From Minutocellus sp. GHC0000111 (Eukaryota), in contig OZ361261.1 of the NCBI GenBank assembly GCA_977018835.1, forward strand, positions 1,674,001 to 1,738,000: a stretch of 64,000 nucleotides of DNA. The letters are read 5' to 3'. This document shows positions 1 through 11,475 of this stretch, in pieces (positions within the stretch are counted from its first letter, which is position 1; the number at the start of each line of letters is the position of its first letter). The notes beneath the pieces are model-generated. The model saw nothing but the letters and a program-made list of their open reading frames with translations, was not told the origin of the DNA and ran no database searches. Position numbers and translations under genes: made by a program.

Positions 1-141
1 CACGATGGAAGCAATGTTTCGTCCACCGTAACTCTTGGGAGGTTTCAGCGCCGGCTGTTTGGCCTTTGTCTCCTCCGCTGTCTTGTCCTCCTCATTTTCA
101 CCCTGCTGCTGCCAGGGAACGTTGGTACGGCCCGATTGCGC

Positions 142-477
142 CTAGGCCATCCGATCGGCGTAGGCCTTGCGGGTCCCAACGTCGTGAATTTGGCGGTACA
201 TGTCGACCATCTGGCCGAGGCGGTCGTCGTAGATGGGCTCGTGATTTTGCACGTTGCTTCGATACGCACGGAGGGCGGCACAGTGGATGTATGCCGGGTC
301 CGACTGCACCATTTGCGCGTGCCGGGCCTGGGCCTGGGCCTGGGCTTGTGCTTGCGAGGGTGGTACTACCGGAGCTCGCGGCGCCTGCGGTGGTCCAGGG
401 ACCGGCCGCAGCTGCTGATTATTATTGTTGGCATTCCCAGCGCCGCCGCTGGGCGCATCGCCGCCGCCAGATGACAT
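142..477 (-). CDS. Hypothetical Q/A/P-rich protein, N-terminal part (frame stays open past an in-frame TAG at 142-144 towards the window edge)
   Basis: ATG in accATG context; QAQAQA repeat encoded by (ggcctg)n at about 324-345; the frame continues as AQSGRTNVPWQQQGENEEDK after the TAG. Confidence 0.45.
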   Translation of the reverse strand: MSSGGGDAPSGGAGNANNNNQQLRPVPGPPQAPRAPVVPPSQAQAQAQAQARHAQMVQSDPAYIHCAALRAYRSNVQNHEPIYDDRLGQMVDMYRQIHDVGTRKAYADRMA

Positions 478-850
478 GGTTTTATGAAGCGGGCCGGGGG
501 GTCGGTTTCCCTCGATCTCAATTCAAATAATAAATGACGGTCGCGGAACCGGCACCGCACTTGAAAAATAAGCACAAGATACGCTGCAATGCTCCAAGAC
601 CACCCAAGCGCGAATCCAACAGGCAATGCGGATACAGAATGAGGGCCAGTATCTGAATCAACCAAGTGGTTTACATAGACTCTTCCACGCAAATACGTGT
701 ACCTAGGTAGCGTCGGTCGGCAGCAGGTACCCAAACGAACACAACATGGCGTGCTCGTTTTTTTATTTCGGTTCCTCGAAGAATGAGGCGAGACAGGCCT
801 TTCTGAACGCCATCAGAATGACCTCAAGGAAACCAAATCTGCGCTGCGCT

Positions 851-910
851 TAATTCGAATCAGCCGGGACCAACCAGTGACGTACCAGTCGACATGTGCC
901 AGCCAAGGCA
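851..910 (+). repeat. About 60-bp direct repeat, copy 1 (copy 2 at 1767-1826)
   Basis: taattcgaatcagccgggaccaaccagtgacgt(a/g)ccagtcga(c/t)atgt(g/a)ccagccaa(g/a)gca occurs twice with 4 differences. Confidence 0.95.
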
Positions 911-1826
911 TGCTTCTTGGAGGACAAAGGGTAGACGGCAACGTCATGAAAATCCGTCACCAACACTTGGGTACAATTGTGGCCGCGGATCGACTTGATC
1001 CCGGACATCATGGTGTCGGCACAGACAGTGCCACGGAACCTGTTGCGCGACGACGAGACACAAAGCTTGAGGCGTCCTGAGCCTTCTCGTAAACGGCTTG
1101 GTGACATCATCTCGGATGGCCTCCTGCGTCGCAGCATCGATGGCAGCTCTTGCTTTGTCGATGCCGACACCCCACATCTTGGCCAGACGCTCGGCGGTCA
1201 CCCTTGGCTTCCTGCTCGAGGTGCCGATGGCATCGATGGGGAGACTTGAGGGACTCCTTGGTGGCTTTCAACTTGCTGACACGAAGCTTGTTGAGTTTCC
1301 TGACGATGCTGGCTTGTGATGACTTGAGCTTGGAAAGACGGCGCCGTTCCTTGGTGCCATGCAACAACACAGAGCTGTCGCTGCTGTTGGAAGACGAGCT
1401 GTCATGTCACACTCTGCCACTCTCCGACGACGTCTCCTCCCTAGTCTCGCTGGCATCATCAGCGGCAGGATCAATCGCAGACACCAAGTGCGAATCTTTC
1501 GACCTTGTCCAAAGTGAAGACAGATTGACTAGAGTTGCGCCGCCACCAAAACGCATTGTGCAAACTCGCGAGGAGTAGATTAACGTGCTCCCCAGCACGG
1601 TGATCGACATGGCCTATCTCCCGCCCTGTGGCGGTCGGTCGGAGTTCCTCGATGGGCATCTCAACGACACGGTGTAACGAAGTGCCGATGAAAGACATCG
1701 GAACGAACATAAAAAGACACGCAAAAGATGTGCTCATGCAAGAGACACGATGGGTCGGATGAGAACTAATTCGAATCAGCCGGGACCAACCAGTGACGTG
1801 CCAGTCGATATGTACCAGCCAAAGCA
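851..1826 (-). mobile_element. Degenerate Ty1/Copia (CoDi-like) retrotransposon fragment, integrase N-terminal region
   Basis: Frameshifted peptides VTAERLAKMWGVGIDKARAAIDAATQEAIR..PFTRRLRT and GTVCADTMMSGIKSIRGHNCTQV..VAVYPLSSK resemble the diatom Copia pre-integrase/integrase region; bounded by about 60-bp direct repeats; no RT or RNaseH seen. Confidence 0.75.
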
Positions 1827-2147
1827 AGAACATACGTTCCAATGTATCCAATCACCAGCACACAGCAAAGATATCGTAGCAACAACTCTAACTCGACAAC
1901 TAGTCAATTACTCATGGCTCGTCGGATCTTTCATGGATCCTGTCGCTCTCTAAGGCGACGTACAGACGGCTCCTGGCATATTTCAATTACGCTGCCGCCA
2001 AAAACGTCGCTTGCACAACTCAAGCGCGAAAAAGTGGCACAGCAGAGACCAACCCCTTGCTTTTTGGCCTCGCTCATTTTCCCTTGCCCTGTCATCCCTG
2101 ACCTGCCGCCGCTTCTTAGTCGAAGGAAAATAACACGGACAAAGAAA

Positions 2148-3032
2148 ATGCCGAGTCGTCGGGATGGTGGCGGCGCGCTGCTATCGTCGTCAACATCGCT
2201 GCTCGCTATGTGCGGCTGCTTGCTGGGCAGTCTACATTTCGCATCGTCGACGTCGATGGAGGAGTCGCAAGAACCAGCAGGGCCCGCCAACGCCAACGCC
2301 AACGCCAAGCGCAGAGTGAGCCACGTGCATCCCACGCCGCATCCTACGCGGCATACTTCGCCAGCACCAACTGCCAGTGCGACCATGGCCAGAAGCAGTG
2401 CCACAGATCTCAAAGCAGACTCCTTTGTAGGATTTCTGTTTCTCGGGAAAAATAATGCCACTGGCAGCGAAAGCAATGCAACAAATAGCAGCAATATCAC
2501 CGACGACACCATCGAAGCGGACCAAGAGCTTCCATCGATGCCACCTCCTGAATATACCGCCGCCCCACTTCTCCCCTCCTGCTCCCGTCCTCCTGCGTGG
2601 GCCGACGAGGCCATGGTGTGGTCGAACCTGAGCGACGATCAGCGCCAAGCGGCGCTGTATCTGGGCTACACGCCGGCCGCATGGGACGCAGACGACGAAA
2701 CCATAATCGAACAGCTGTATGCCACGTTGGATTGGTCCACTGGGTTGTCGTCCGACCAGCGTCTGGCTTTTACGTACCTGGGGTACAACTCCGGTTCGTA
2801 CGAGAATTTCTACGACGACTACAGCTTTGCCGAATTGCCCGCGGATGTTCAGGTGGCTGCCAATGCCGTGGGATATACCCAACAAGTTTGGGACGAGTGC
2901 GAAGAGGAGGTGTGTGCCAAGGTTGACGACAAATTTTGGAAGGGATTGAAGAAGGGGCAAAGAATCCATATGAAAGTGTTGGGGTGTGACTGCTGGACTT
3001 GGAACAACTATGACCCCGCGCCTTGTGTTTGA
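2148..3032 (+). CDS. Secreted or membrane-anchored protein with tandem W-x-x-L-x4-AA-x2-LGY-x4-WD repeats
   Basis: Hydrophobic N-terminal stretch, N-glycosylation sequons, four repeats (WSNL..AALYLGYT..WD; WSTGL..AFTYLGY; FAEL..AANAVGYT..WD; WKGL..VLG..W). Confidence 0.7.
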   Translation: MPSRRDGGGALLSSSTSLLAMCGCLLGSLHFASSTSMEESQEPAGPANANANAKRRVSHVHPTPHPTRHTSPAPTASATMARSSATDLKADSFVGFLFLGKNNATGSESNATNSSNITDDTIEADQELPSMPPPEYTAAPLLPSCSRPPAWADEAMVWSNLSDDQRQAALYLGYTPAAWDADDETIIEQLYATLDWSTGLSSDQRLAFTYLGYNSGSYENFYDDYSFAELPADVQVAANAVGYTQQVWDECEEEVCAKVDDKFWKGLKKGQRIHMKVLGCDCWTWNNYDPAPCV

Positions 3033-3513
3033 TTACATGTAGAATGATTACGCTGGAATCCTCTGGAAGACGCATTCCGTGTGGTAATATAGCTAGAGAT
3101 TCCCATGTCAGATTTTTGATTCATGAATTTGATACGAAAATATAGTCATGCGCCGGCGCAACGCCGACGGACCACCATGGTGTTGGACGGTCAAAGAATG
3201 GGTGACGAACGAGATTGGGTTTTGGTGGGTTTCTTCGTGACGTGTTCGTCTTTTGCCGAAAAACGCTTCATCCGACCGGAGATGGGGCTGTGGCCAACAT
3301 GCTGCCGCTCATTTTTACTTGCCGAAGAGCGGTACCTAGGTACACAACATGCATGACAGCACGAGCGTCGGTTGTTGAAGCAAATCTCCCAATTACACAT
3401 CGAAACACTTCAAATATCGTAGGAAGAACATCGTGGTATCTGAGAACTGACCTGGAGGCTGAAGAGAATCGCCGCACCAAAGAACAATAAAGCGCGTCGA
3501 ACAGTGTCGCACG

Positions 3514-4851
3514 ATGCCCGTCCCCACACCAGCCACAGCAGCGTCTGCGTCAAGACTTGAAGTTGTTCTGTTCTTCTTTTCTGGCCTCGGCTCCAGTCTG
3601 TGCTACATAGCCACGCTCTCCAGTCTGGTCTACTACAAGGTCCGGTATGGACCTCAGTCCTACATTTACATCAACCTGGCGGTGTACCTTCCATTGCTTC
3701 CTGTTGCATTAGCTCAAGCCAGGTACGATCAGGACGTCGATCGGTTGGTCGGCAGTGCCAACGCATTCCTGTGCAGGGGCGTAGTGGGATATGTGCTGAG
3801 CATTGGGGCTCTCGCATCGATACCTTTGGATGCAGATGGTGGTCTTGTATGGGTTTGCATCCCTGCCGTCGTGATTGGTGCTGCCGGGGCGATACTTCAG
3901 GGCATTCTGTATCAGATGGCAAGCTTTGTTTCATCCAATTGTGCGGCGAGTACCCAAAGCCTCAAGGTGGCCGTTGCGGCGGGAATCCAAGCATCGGCCC
4001 TGATATCTCTGGTTGTCTCAGTCGGCACTGGCTTTGGGAGCTCAGCCGATGATACCGTGCATGATCTCAGGCATTTCAACAAAGTGATATGCCTCATGGA
4101 GACTTTCATATTTGGACTATTTATATTCTTGATGGGGTACAGCCGACGCGTGCATCACGCCATGATTCAAAGGGACTCGTCTATAAGTTTGGCTCGCGCT
4201 GTTGATGAAAGTGCTGATAGTATTAGCGTCGATGAATCAGAGCCAGATGAAACACCATTGTTGCAAGATTCAGAGAATGAAGGGGAATGGTCTTTGGATG
4301 CCGAGGACCAAGCTGACCCAAATCGGCCAATAGTTCCTCGATCAGTCGAACTGAGCTACCACCAGCTATGGAAATACAGCTCTCGATGTTGTATAAGTCT
4401 GCTCCTCACACTGATCCCATCGTTCCTGGTCGCCTCCTGGTTCACAAAGGTCCAGACCGATTTCGTCATGCTTCCACAAATTTTGTTTTATGTGCGCATA
4501 ATTAGTGACTTCTCATCCAGATTGTTGACAGTGTACAAGTCCCCAGCGTCTCAGAAGGAGCTTCTTGCCCTTGCTTGCTTCCGACTCGTGCTAGTTGTTA
4601 TTTTCTTCATCAACGCTGCATCCTCCACCTTTCCACATCGGGATGCATTATCAATTATGTTGGTAGGTGCAATTGCCTTTGGATCTGGATATCTTGTAAC
4701 AGGGGCGTATCAATTGGCACCGTCGGCCTTACCAGGACGGTACCGAGAGAGAAATGCTACAAAGCAAAGTGCTTTTCTCAACGTTGGTTTTTCATTATCA
4801 GCCCTCTTAGGTTTGTTCGTAAGCCTAGCATTGGATGAGCTTGGCTTCTGA
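3514..4851 (+). CDS. Equilibrative nucleoside transporter (ENT/SLC29)-like membrane protein
   Basis: 445-aa ORF, about 11 hydrophobic segments with a large acidic central loop after TM6; F..G.G in TM1, D..SR in TM8, GYL in TM10. Confidence 0.7.
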   Translation: MPVPTPATAASASRLEVVLFFFSGLGSSLCYIATLSSLVYYKVRYGPQSYIYINLAVYLPLLPVALAQARYDQDVDRLVGSANAFLCRGVVGYVLSIGALASIPLDADGGLVWVCIPAVVIGAAGAILQGILYQMASFVSSNCAASTQSLKVAVAAGIQASALISLVVSVGTGFGSSADDTVHDLRHFNKVICLMETFIFGLFIFLMGYSRRVHHAMIQRDSSISLARAVDESADSISVDESEPDETPLLQDSENEGEWSLDAEDQADPNRPIVPRSVELSYHQLWKYSSRCCISLLLTLIPSFLVASWFTKVQTDFVMLPQILFYVRIISDFSSRLLTVYKSPASQKELLALACFRLVLVVIFFINAASSTFPHRDALSIMLVGAIAFGSGYLVTGAYQLAPSALPGRYRERNATKQSAFLNVGFSLSALLGLFVSLALDELGF

Positions 4852-4913
4852 TGTTGCGGTTGAAAATAATTAAAATAGAGCATGCTCAAGATAGAAATGA
4901 AAGATACGCTCAA

Positions 4914-6426
4914 TTAATCAAACTCGAAGCCCATGGATCTCTGAATCGTACCCACAAGCCGCTCCTTGTAGATTGGATTATTAATCATCTCTTTGACGCC
5001 GCGATGAGAGTTGTAGTCAGGGAACTCCAGGATGAAATCTTTTGTAACCTTGGTGAGATCGTTAATAATTGACTCAAGGCGAGAGGCATCCAATAAATCA
5101 TCATGTCCAGCCTTGCCGAATTGCACAATGAGAACCCGGGCTAGGTGAGCGCAACGATCACGGAGATCTTCCTCGCTGATCATGAGCGCTTGGTCACCCC
5201 CCTTCTCTTTCATTTGCCCGAGTTCTTTTTCCATGACTTCTTGCAGGCCAACCCGAAGTTGGCTCCAAATCTCGCTATATCCAGGTTGCTCGGCGAAGAA
5301 GTCTGCAAGGGCTTGACAAAATGCAGGATCAGTAGCCGCATCGGCACCGTAACAGTTATCGTTGAAGTGCTGGAACTGTCCAGTGAATAGCTTCTTGAGA
5401 TGCTAGACCAGGTTGATCTTTGCCTTCTCTTTTTGGCATTCCGGTATAGGGCGGCCGGTGCGAACTTCCACAATTTGGCCGTGATTTTTAATGAAAATCT
5501 TGGATATCGTCAGTAAATGAACTGATTTAATGTTTGTGGTGTTCTTGGCGCCGCACAGCTGCTTGTGTATAGGCCAATCGGCTGCTTGGCAGGCCTTGGA
5601 GCAGTACGATGCTTCGGGATCGGAACATCTCGAGCACTTTTTGTAGTCTCCGAAACATTCTCCCTCTTTGTCGCATCGGGCACACGCACGAAGTTTTCCA
5701 GCAGGGGCCGGATCGTTTGGTCCTTTCACCGAGAACGTGAGAGCCTTGAATATGTCCTCGTCACTAACCTTTTCGTAATCGTTGGAGTCAAAGAAGGACG
5801 CAAATACCATGTCATAATCTGCCATGTTATCATCCACGAATTTGCCCTTGGCCTTGAGGTCCTTTTCGTACGCGACGACATCCCGAAATGCTTTGACGGC
5901 CATGTCGGCATCGTTGAGCTGGACGCCGCAATTGATCCGAATGAGGTTGGCCTTGTACGTCAGCCCGCCGCAGCAATTTCGCATGGTCCCGTCGTCATCT
6001 TCGCCAACCTCCTCGCACTCGTCGGTCATTTGCTGATACAGCTTCAGCACCTCCATGTACGTCGTCATGACCTTCATACATTTGTCGAGATCCCCCCTTT
6101 GGCGCAGGATGGTGCAGAGCGTTCCCAATATGCCCGTGGACCGGGTTCCCTACCCGAAATATCTCGTCGAACCAAATGTCGCGATGGTCCATTATATCCT
6201 TGTAAAGGTCTTGGTAGTACCGTTCAAACTCGAGGCTGGATTCGTTGGAGGAGCGGAACATTCCGTTGAACCGGAGGTTGGCCTGTTGGAGTTTGACGAT
6301 GCGGTCGGCGTAGTATTTGACGTAGGTGGCGGGATCGTTGCCTGGGGGAATGCTCACGTCCTCGTTGAACATGTAGGTGACATCCTTGTCATTGTCGTTG
6401 CTGTTGTCTTCGCCTGGGTTGGTCAT
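4914..6426 (-). CDS. MYND zinc-finger protein (frameshift near 6140-6150, in-frame TAG at 5403-5405)
   Basis: CARC..KKCSRC..YCSKACQAADWPIHKQLC is a MYND motif; ORFs 5995-6426, 5403-6128 and 4914-5234 join, and the last two are in frame across one stop. Confidence 0.8.
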
Positions 6427-6750
6427 GCTGGGAGGGACGTTGTTATTTCACTTGTTGGCACAAGCAATGGCTGGAAATGGAGGGTGGCGGCGCTCGCGAG
6501 CAAGCCGGCTCATTCTCGAGCAGGCTTGCCAAATTTTCGAGATTCGATCTTGGGAATGACGCAACGCAAACAACGCCGACGGTTCAAACTTCCGGCGGCT
6601 TCCCCAGCACCTTCGTCGCATTGCTTGCCGTGGACTGGACGACGACAGTATCGTTGACGCATTATCGACCTAGCTAGAGGAGCCTCTCTCTGGTCCCACT
6701 TACTTATCCTCGGTATCTTTTGGTTTGCAACTTCGAGCACATAAATAAAT

Positions 6751-8451
6751 ATGAGCTTTCCCGACATGCAATACCAGTACCAGCAGCAACCGCCGCCAGC
6801 TCCGGCGGGTGCACCGATGGCGATGCCTCAGCAGCAGCAACAACAACAACAACAACATGCGCCACCTCAGGAGGCCGCCAATCCATTCGATCAATTCGAT
6901 CAGCCTGTGCCTGCGCCGCAGCCAGCGCCGATGCAGCAGCCTCCGATGCAAATGCAGATGCAGCAGCAGCCGTTGTCTTCGTCGTCATCTCTCGTGCCGC
7001 AGCAGAATGCCAATGCGAATCAGTGGGGACTTCCACAGCAGCAGCAACAGCAGCCGCCGCCGCCCGCCGTGCCTCCTCAGCCTCAGGCCCCGCAGCAGCC
7101 GTTTGGCATGCCGGCGCCAGTTCCGGCTCCTGCCCAGCAGCAGCAAGCGCCTCAGACCAACTTTGATCCGTTCGCCGGTACTCCCGCGGCTCCCGCGGCT
7201 CCGATGCCTTCTGCAGCTCCTCCTGCTGCAATGCCGGTCCAAACGTATCAGCAGCAGGCTCCTCTCGATCTTGTCGTTGCCTCTCCTCCTCCGGCTGCGG
7301 CCCCACCCGCTGCTCCGCCTGCGGCTCCTTCGGACGATCCCTTTGGTGTATTCGCAGCTGCTCCGGCTCAGCCTCAGCCCCAGCCACCTGTTCCGGCCGA
7401 CGCCGACCCCTTTGGACTGGGCACCAGCTACCAGCACAGCAGCAGCAACGGACTCAACGAAAGCTTTGCCTCCTCGTCGATATCCAACTCGGCCCATGGC
7501 AGCAGCGCTGGGGGCGGCTTGGGACTGTTCACGGCCGGGACCGACCCGACCATCGGTGCCGCCTCCTCCTCGTGGCTTGACGTGTCCGATCTCAACCGGG
7601 CCGCCGCTGGCAATGCCGAGGGTGCCGCCTACGTGGCTTCCTCCTCTTCGTCGAATCCTGGCGTCCTGCCCCCCGGCGGGGAGCACTACCAGGTGGACAT
7701 CCCCGATCGGCTCCTCGGTCTGGTCATGTACAAGCCCACCGCCGCGGCCTCGTGCGGCGTCCTGGCCCAGCACAATGCCGTCACCATCGAATCGCTGGGT
7801 CCGTCCCGTCCCGTCGTCACGCACCTCAACACCAACTCGGCCGCCAAGGCCGCCGGTGTGGCCCTGGGCGACGTCGTCACGGCCATCAACGGCCAGGAGG
7901 TGGCCGACCGCGTCGATGCCTCCAACCTCATCCGCAGCACGCCCCGTCCGGTGACCCTGCAGATGTACCGGCTGCCGGGGGCGCCCACCACGCTGTACCA
8001 GGGCGACGTGTGGGTGCACTACAAGAACCGCGATGCGCTGCCCCCGCCCAAGGTGAAGGATTGGAAGCCCAAGTTCGTCGTCGTCGGCGGCATCCTCGGC
8101 GGTGGCAGCGGCTCCAAGGTGATCAACATGTACCGTTCCAGGGCCGAGTACGACCGGGCCGTGGCCGACGTCCACAGCAGCCGCAAGGTATCCGTCGAGG
8201 TGAAGCAGTTCAGCTTGGAGGGCGGTGCTCGCCTTTGGTTCAAGGATGGCACCACCGATGGGGGCATGTCGGGCAGCGATGGGATGGAAACCATCAAGTA
8301 TCCCGCCGAGGACGAAAGCCGGCAGTATGTCAACATCCTCATGCCCAAGCCGGCCAACAACATCAAGCTGTCGGTGCCCGCGGGCCAAACCAACCAGCTT
8401 CGGTCGGTATTGGATGGCATCCGTTTGGCCTTGTACATGTACTCGAACTAG
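6751..8451 (+). CDS. Q/P-rich protein with NPF/DPF motifs, a PDZ domain and a PH-like C-terminus
   Basis: 566-aa ORF; LGLVM..SAAKAAGVALGDVVTAINGQ..IRSTPRPVTL is the PDZ pattern; one NPF and three DPF motifs. Confidence 0.8.
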   Translation: MSFPDMQYQYQQQPPPAPAGAPMAMPQQQQQQQQQHAPPQEAANPFDQFDQPVPAPQPAPMQQPPMQMQMQQQPLSSSSSLVPQQNANANQWGLPQQQQQQPPPPAVPPQPQAPQQPFGMPAPVPAPAQQQQAPQTNFDPFAGTPAAPAAPMPSAAPPAAMPVQTYQQQAPLDLVVASPPPAAAPPAAPPAAPSDDPFGVFAAAPAQPQPQPPVPADADPFGLGTSYQHSSSNGLNESFASSSISNSAHGSSAGGGLGLFTAGTDPTIGAASSSWLDVSDLNRAAAGNAEGAAYVASSSSSNPGVLPPGGEHYQVDIPDRLLGLVMYKPTAAASCGVLAQHNAVTIESLGPSRPVVTHLNTNSAAKAAGVALGDVVTAINGQEVADRVDASNLIRSTPRPVTLQMYRLPGAPTTLYQGDVWVHYKNRDALPPPKVKDWKPKFVVVGGILGGGSGSKVINMYRSRAEYDRAVADVHSSRKVSVEVKQFSLEGGARLWFKDGTTDGGMSGSDGMETIKYPAEDESRQYVNILMPKPANNIKLSVPAGQTNQLRSVLDGIRLALYMYSN

Positions 8452-8636
8452 CTGGCTAGCTGCGGCCGAGACTTGTCCTTATAATGTCATTGGCGTCAAT
8501 ACCGGTAACGCGCATTTTGCAATTTTATCTCTAATATTAAAACAGCTATACATGTATTCTTCAATGGACTATAATATTCACATCAAAAGTTGTGCAGGAG
8601 GAGTTACGCAGCTAGCTACCTAGCTACGCAGTAGGT

Positions 8637-9202
8637 CTAGACGTTTTGTACAAAGTAGATGGCACCCTTCCGGTCAACCCATTCGATATCATCCGAGCGT
8701 TCAAGTTTCTCTATTTTGTCGAACTTGATGGTGACGTTAAGGATTTTGTTCTCTCGGCCAGAATCATGGTGGATGGCACTGCAACTTGTGATCGTGGCGG
8801 TCCTTCCGCATTCGTTCTTGTACTTGATGTTGATCCTAGCCAACGTTTCGGCTACCTCCTTCTTCAGGGCCTTTTGGACTGCTGTACCGGCACATGTAGA
8901 TCTATCGGTAGTAGGCGGACCAACTGGCGATGATCTCAGTGCACACCATTCATGACACGCGGTGGTTGTCGTGAATTCAGCGTTTTGGGCACCAGATGAA
9001 TTGCTTTGGTGAGGATGGCGGTGCAATTCATGGCGGGGAAACAAACGACTTGATCGAAGACTGTGAAGAGACTCTGCAGATCGAAGGCGACAGGTGTGTT
9101 TGTTTCGAGGACCCAAGCTTGATGTGGAATGTCGGCTATACATTTTTGCCATTGTTCTCCTAGCACTGAGCTTGCCAGGATAGGAACGAGATCTTGCGGC
9201 AT
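8637..9202 (-). CDS. Hypothetical protein (possibly frameshifted or spliced)
   Basis: Two overlapping minus-strand ORFs with protein-like composition; no recognised motif. Confidence 0.3.
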
Positions 9203-9863
9203 TTGTCAGAGTTCGGCGCAAACGAAATCGTGGCGAATCAACAGAACCAGATGAACGTCGTCGGCTGCTTGCATTAAGGTTTGATGTTATGATACAGAGT
9301 CCATCTTCTTCGAGTCTGCCGATGATAGAATCTTTCTTGTTGCCATCTTTCTTGAAAAAGTCTGTTTACTTGGTATTTTATGAAGTGAAACTCGCTCTCT
9401 TTTCTTCTCGGCACGGCTGCGGTGCATGTATACATATATGCATGCATACACACACACATGTATTCTTTTGGTGTGCTTCAAGAGGCTTTTGCCTTGCTTT
9501 GCGATGATGATTTCTCATCAAGCAGAATTGATGTGCACTCATTTGGGGGCAGAGTTACGGTACAATTGGGCGATCGATCAGAAAGGGGAGATATTCTGCA
9601 CATTCGTTTCTATTGTGTATTGGTGCTGCATAAAATTCCTTTTGTACATGTACGCAACTATTCTCATTTTGTGAGCTTGAATTTGTCCTCATACATGTAT
9701 CATGGACGGACGTCCCGCGGGATATCATATCGAGATGCTCGCAGGAATGTTCAAGATCCCGAAATGACGTGGCAATCCATTAACTCCTCGAGAACTCGAA
9801 ACTGCCACACTTCGACGCGACCTGCCATTCTTGGCCTGCCAACCTGCCAACCGCTCTTCGGGA

Positions 9864-10877
9864 ATGATGGTTGGCACAACCGCAGCAATGTACCTAACTT
9901 TATTGATGGTAATTATGTCTCATTCGTCTTCGTTTCGCATGTCGCCCCACTCGTTGCCAAACCGAGGCCGCTCGTTACCGCCGGCTTCGGGTCCAATCGA
10001 CCTGGCGTTCGTCGAGAACCAAGGCTCCAGCGACGGACTTACCACGTTGCTCATTCATGGTCTTGACTCCTCCTCTCACACATGGCGAGGTGTGCAAGAA
10101 TACCTATCCACGCCATCTGTTGCCATTGACTGTAGAGGATGTGGGAGGTCTGAGCTCGGGGACCCGCAAGAATTTTCGCCCGATTCCATAGTGGACGACA
10201 TTAAGCGTCTTGCCGATACGCACCCTCTTTTGAGAGACAACAAGTTTGTCATAGTCGGGCATAGTATGGGAGGAAGAGTCGGGATAAGCTACACAGCAAA
10301 GTATCCAGGGGATGTGGCTGCTTTGGTTGTAGAGGATATGGACACACGGCGTCGATCGGTGCAAAGCAACTTTATCCCTAAATTTGATGAAGCAAAAGCT
10401 ATTGCATTTGACAGACAACAAAGTTCCATGAATAGCCTTCGCGATGCATTTGGAGAAATAGGATATCCGTCTGACATGATCGAAAAATGGATTAGTGAAG
10501 GGAGAGTTTATGATGTTGAAGTGGAAGAAAGCAACGGAAAAGGTCAGCGCGTATGGTCAGATGCCAATCCAGCCTTCCGAGCTCTGTGTTATCGCACAAT
10601 ATTTGATTCGGATTGTGAAACAGAAGCATGGTCGACAATTGCGAATCACGTGAAAAGGGCAGATCGTGGCATGGCCTTGCATCTAATGGTAGCTGGCATT
10701 GGGACTGTATGTGATGAGTCAAGCATCGACGATATGAAGAAGACCATGGGAGATTGTCTCTCTGTAAAAACATATTCCGAGGGGACACACAGCATCCACA
10801 ATTCTGCAAGACATGAATTTATGGCTGATCTCGAGGAGGTGATAGAGGGGTTGTCTCTGCAGAAAAAGGAAAAGTAG
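9864..10877 (+). CDS. Alpha/beta-fold hydrolase (ABHD11/YbfF-like esterase)
   Basis: LLIHGL..S..W, DCRGCGRS, nucleophile elbow GHSMGG, C-terminal GTHSIH catalytic His; hydrophobic N-terminus. Confidence 0.9.
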   Translation: MMVGTTAAMYLTLLMVIMSHSSSFRMSPHSLPNRGRSLPPASGPIDLAFVENQGSSDGLTTLLIHGLDSSSHTWRGVQEYLSTPSVAIDCRGCGRSELGDPQEFSPDSIVDDIKRLADTHPLLRDNKFVIVGHSMGGRVGISYTAKYPGDVAALVVEDMDTRRRSVQSNFIPKFDEAKAIAFDRQQSSMNSLRDAFGEIGYPSDMIEKWISEGRVYDVEVEESNGKGQRVWSDANPAFRALCYRTIFDSDCETEAWSTIANHVKRADRGMALHLMVAGIGTVCDESSIDDMKKTMGDCLSVKTYSEGTHSIHNSARHEFMADLEEVIEGLSLQKKEK

Positions 10878-11475
10878 ATCTGGGAACTCCTACGTAGATA
10901 GAAGTTGAGATCCTATATTAGCTAGATCTAGATCTAGTGGAGTAGCGGTACCGTAGTCGACATGAAGGTTCGAAGGTGGATGTCAGCAGTGTGCGCGTTA
11001 CCCTGGGAAAATTTACGTACGTAGCTACACGTGCCGGTACGTCGCTCGCGAATCATCATCGCTCCGCGCGCGGGAAAGAAAAATCGAGAAATGTGTGTAG
11101 GAATCCACGTGGTACATTGAAGTTCCAGCAAACGAGAGAAAGTGAAGAAAACCATGAAACACAAATTTCAACGAGCTTACATGTATTGTGTATTGTTTCC
11201 CCCAATGACTCCTGACTAGTAGTAGCTAGTCAGCCTGCTAAATTGGCCCACACACAAAATTGGCACGTATATTACACGATTTTGACCCGCATGCTTTTCT
11301 TCCTACGTAACTTAATTCCGCACAAGGAAAAGATGCTCCACCGCATCGAAGAAGGCGTCCAAAGAAAAAAAACAAAAAAACAATCAAACACAACAAAAGA
11401 AAGGTGAGCGAAGAGCCACAACGAGGTAGAACAGCAAGAGCTTCTCCAATATCAACTCAACACAAAACATAAAAC

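Noticed and set aside
851..1826. The 60-bp direct repeats as true LTRs
   Set aside because: No TG...CA termini, primer-binding site, polypurine tract or target duplication could be identified; treated as a rearranged fragment.
6809..8459. Long overlapping and antisense ORFs over GC-rich genes (also at 25537-26403, 41322-43572 and others)
   Set aside because: Shadow ORFs from high GC3 and TA-poor codon usage; no motifs.
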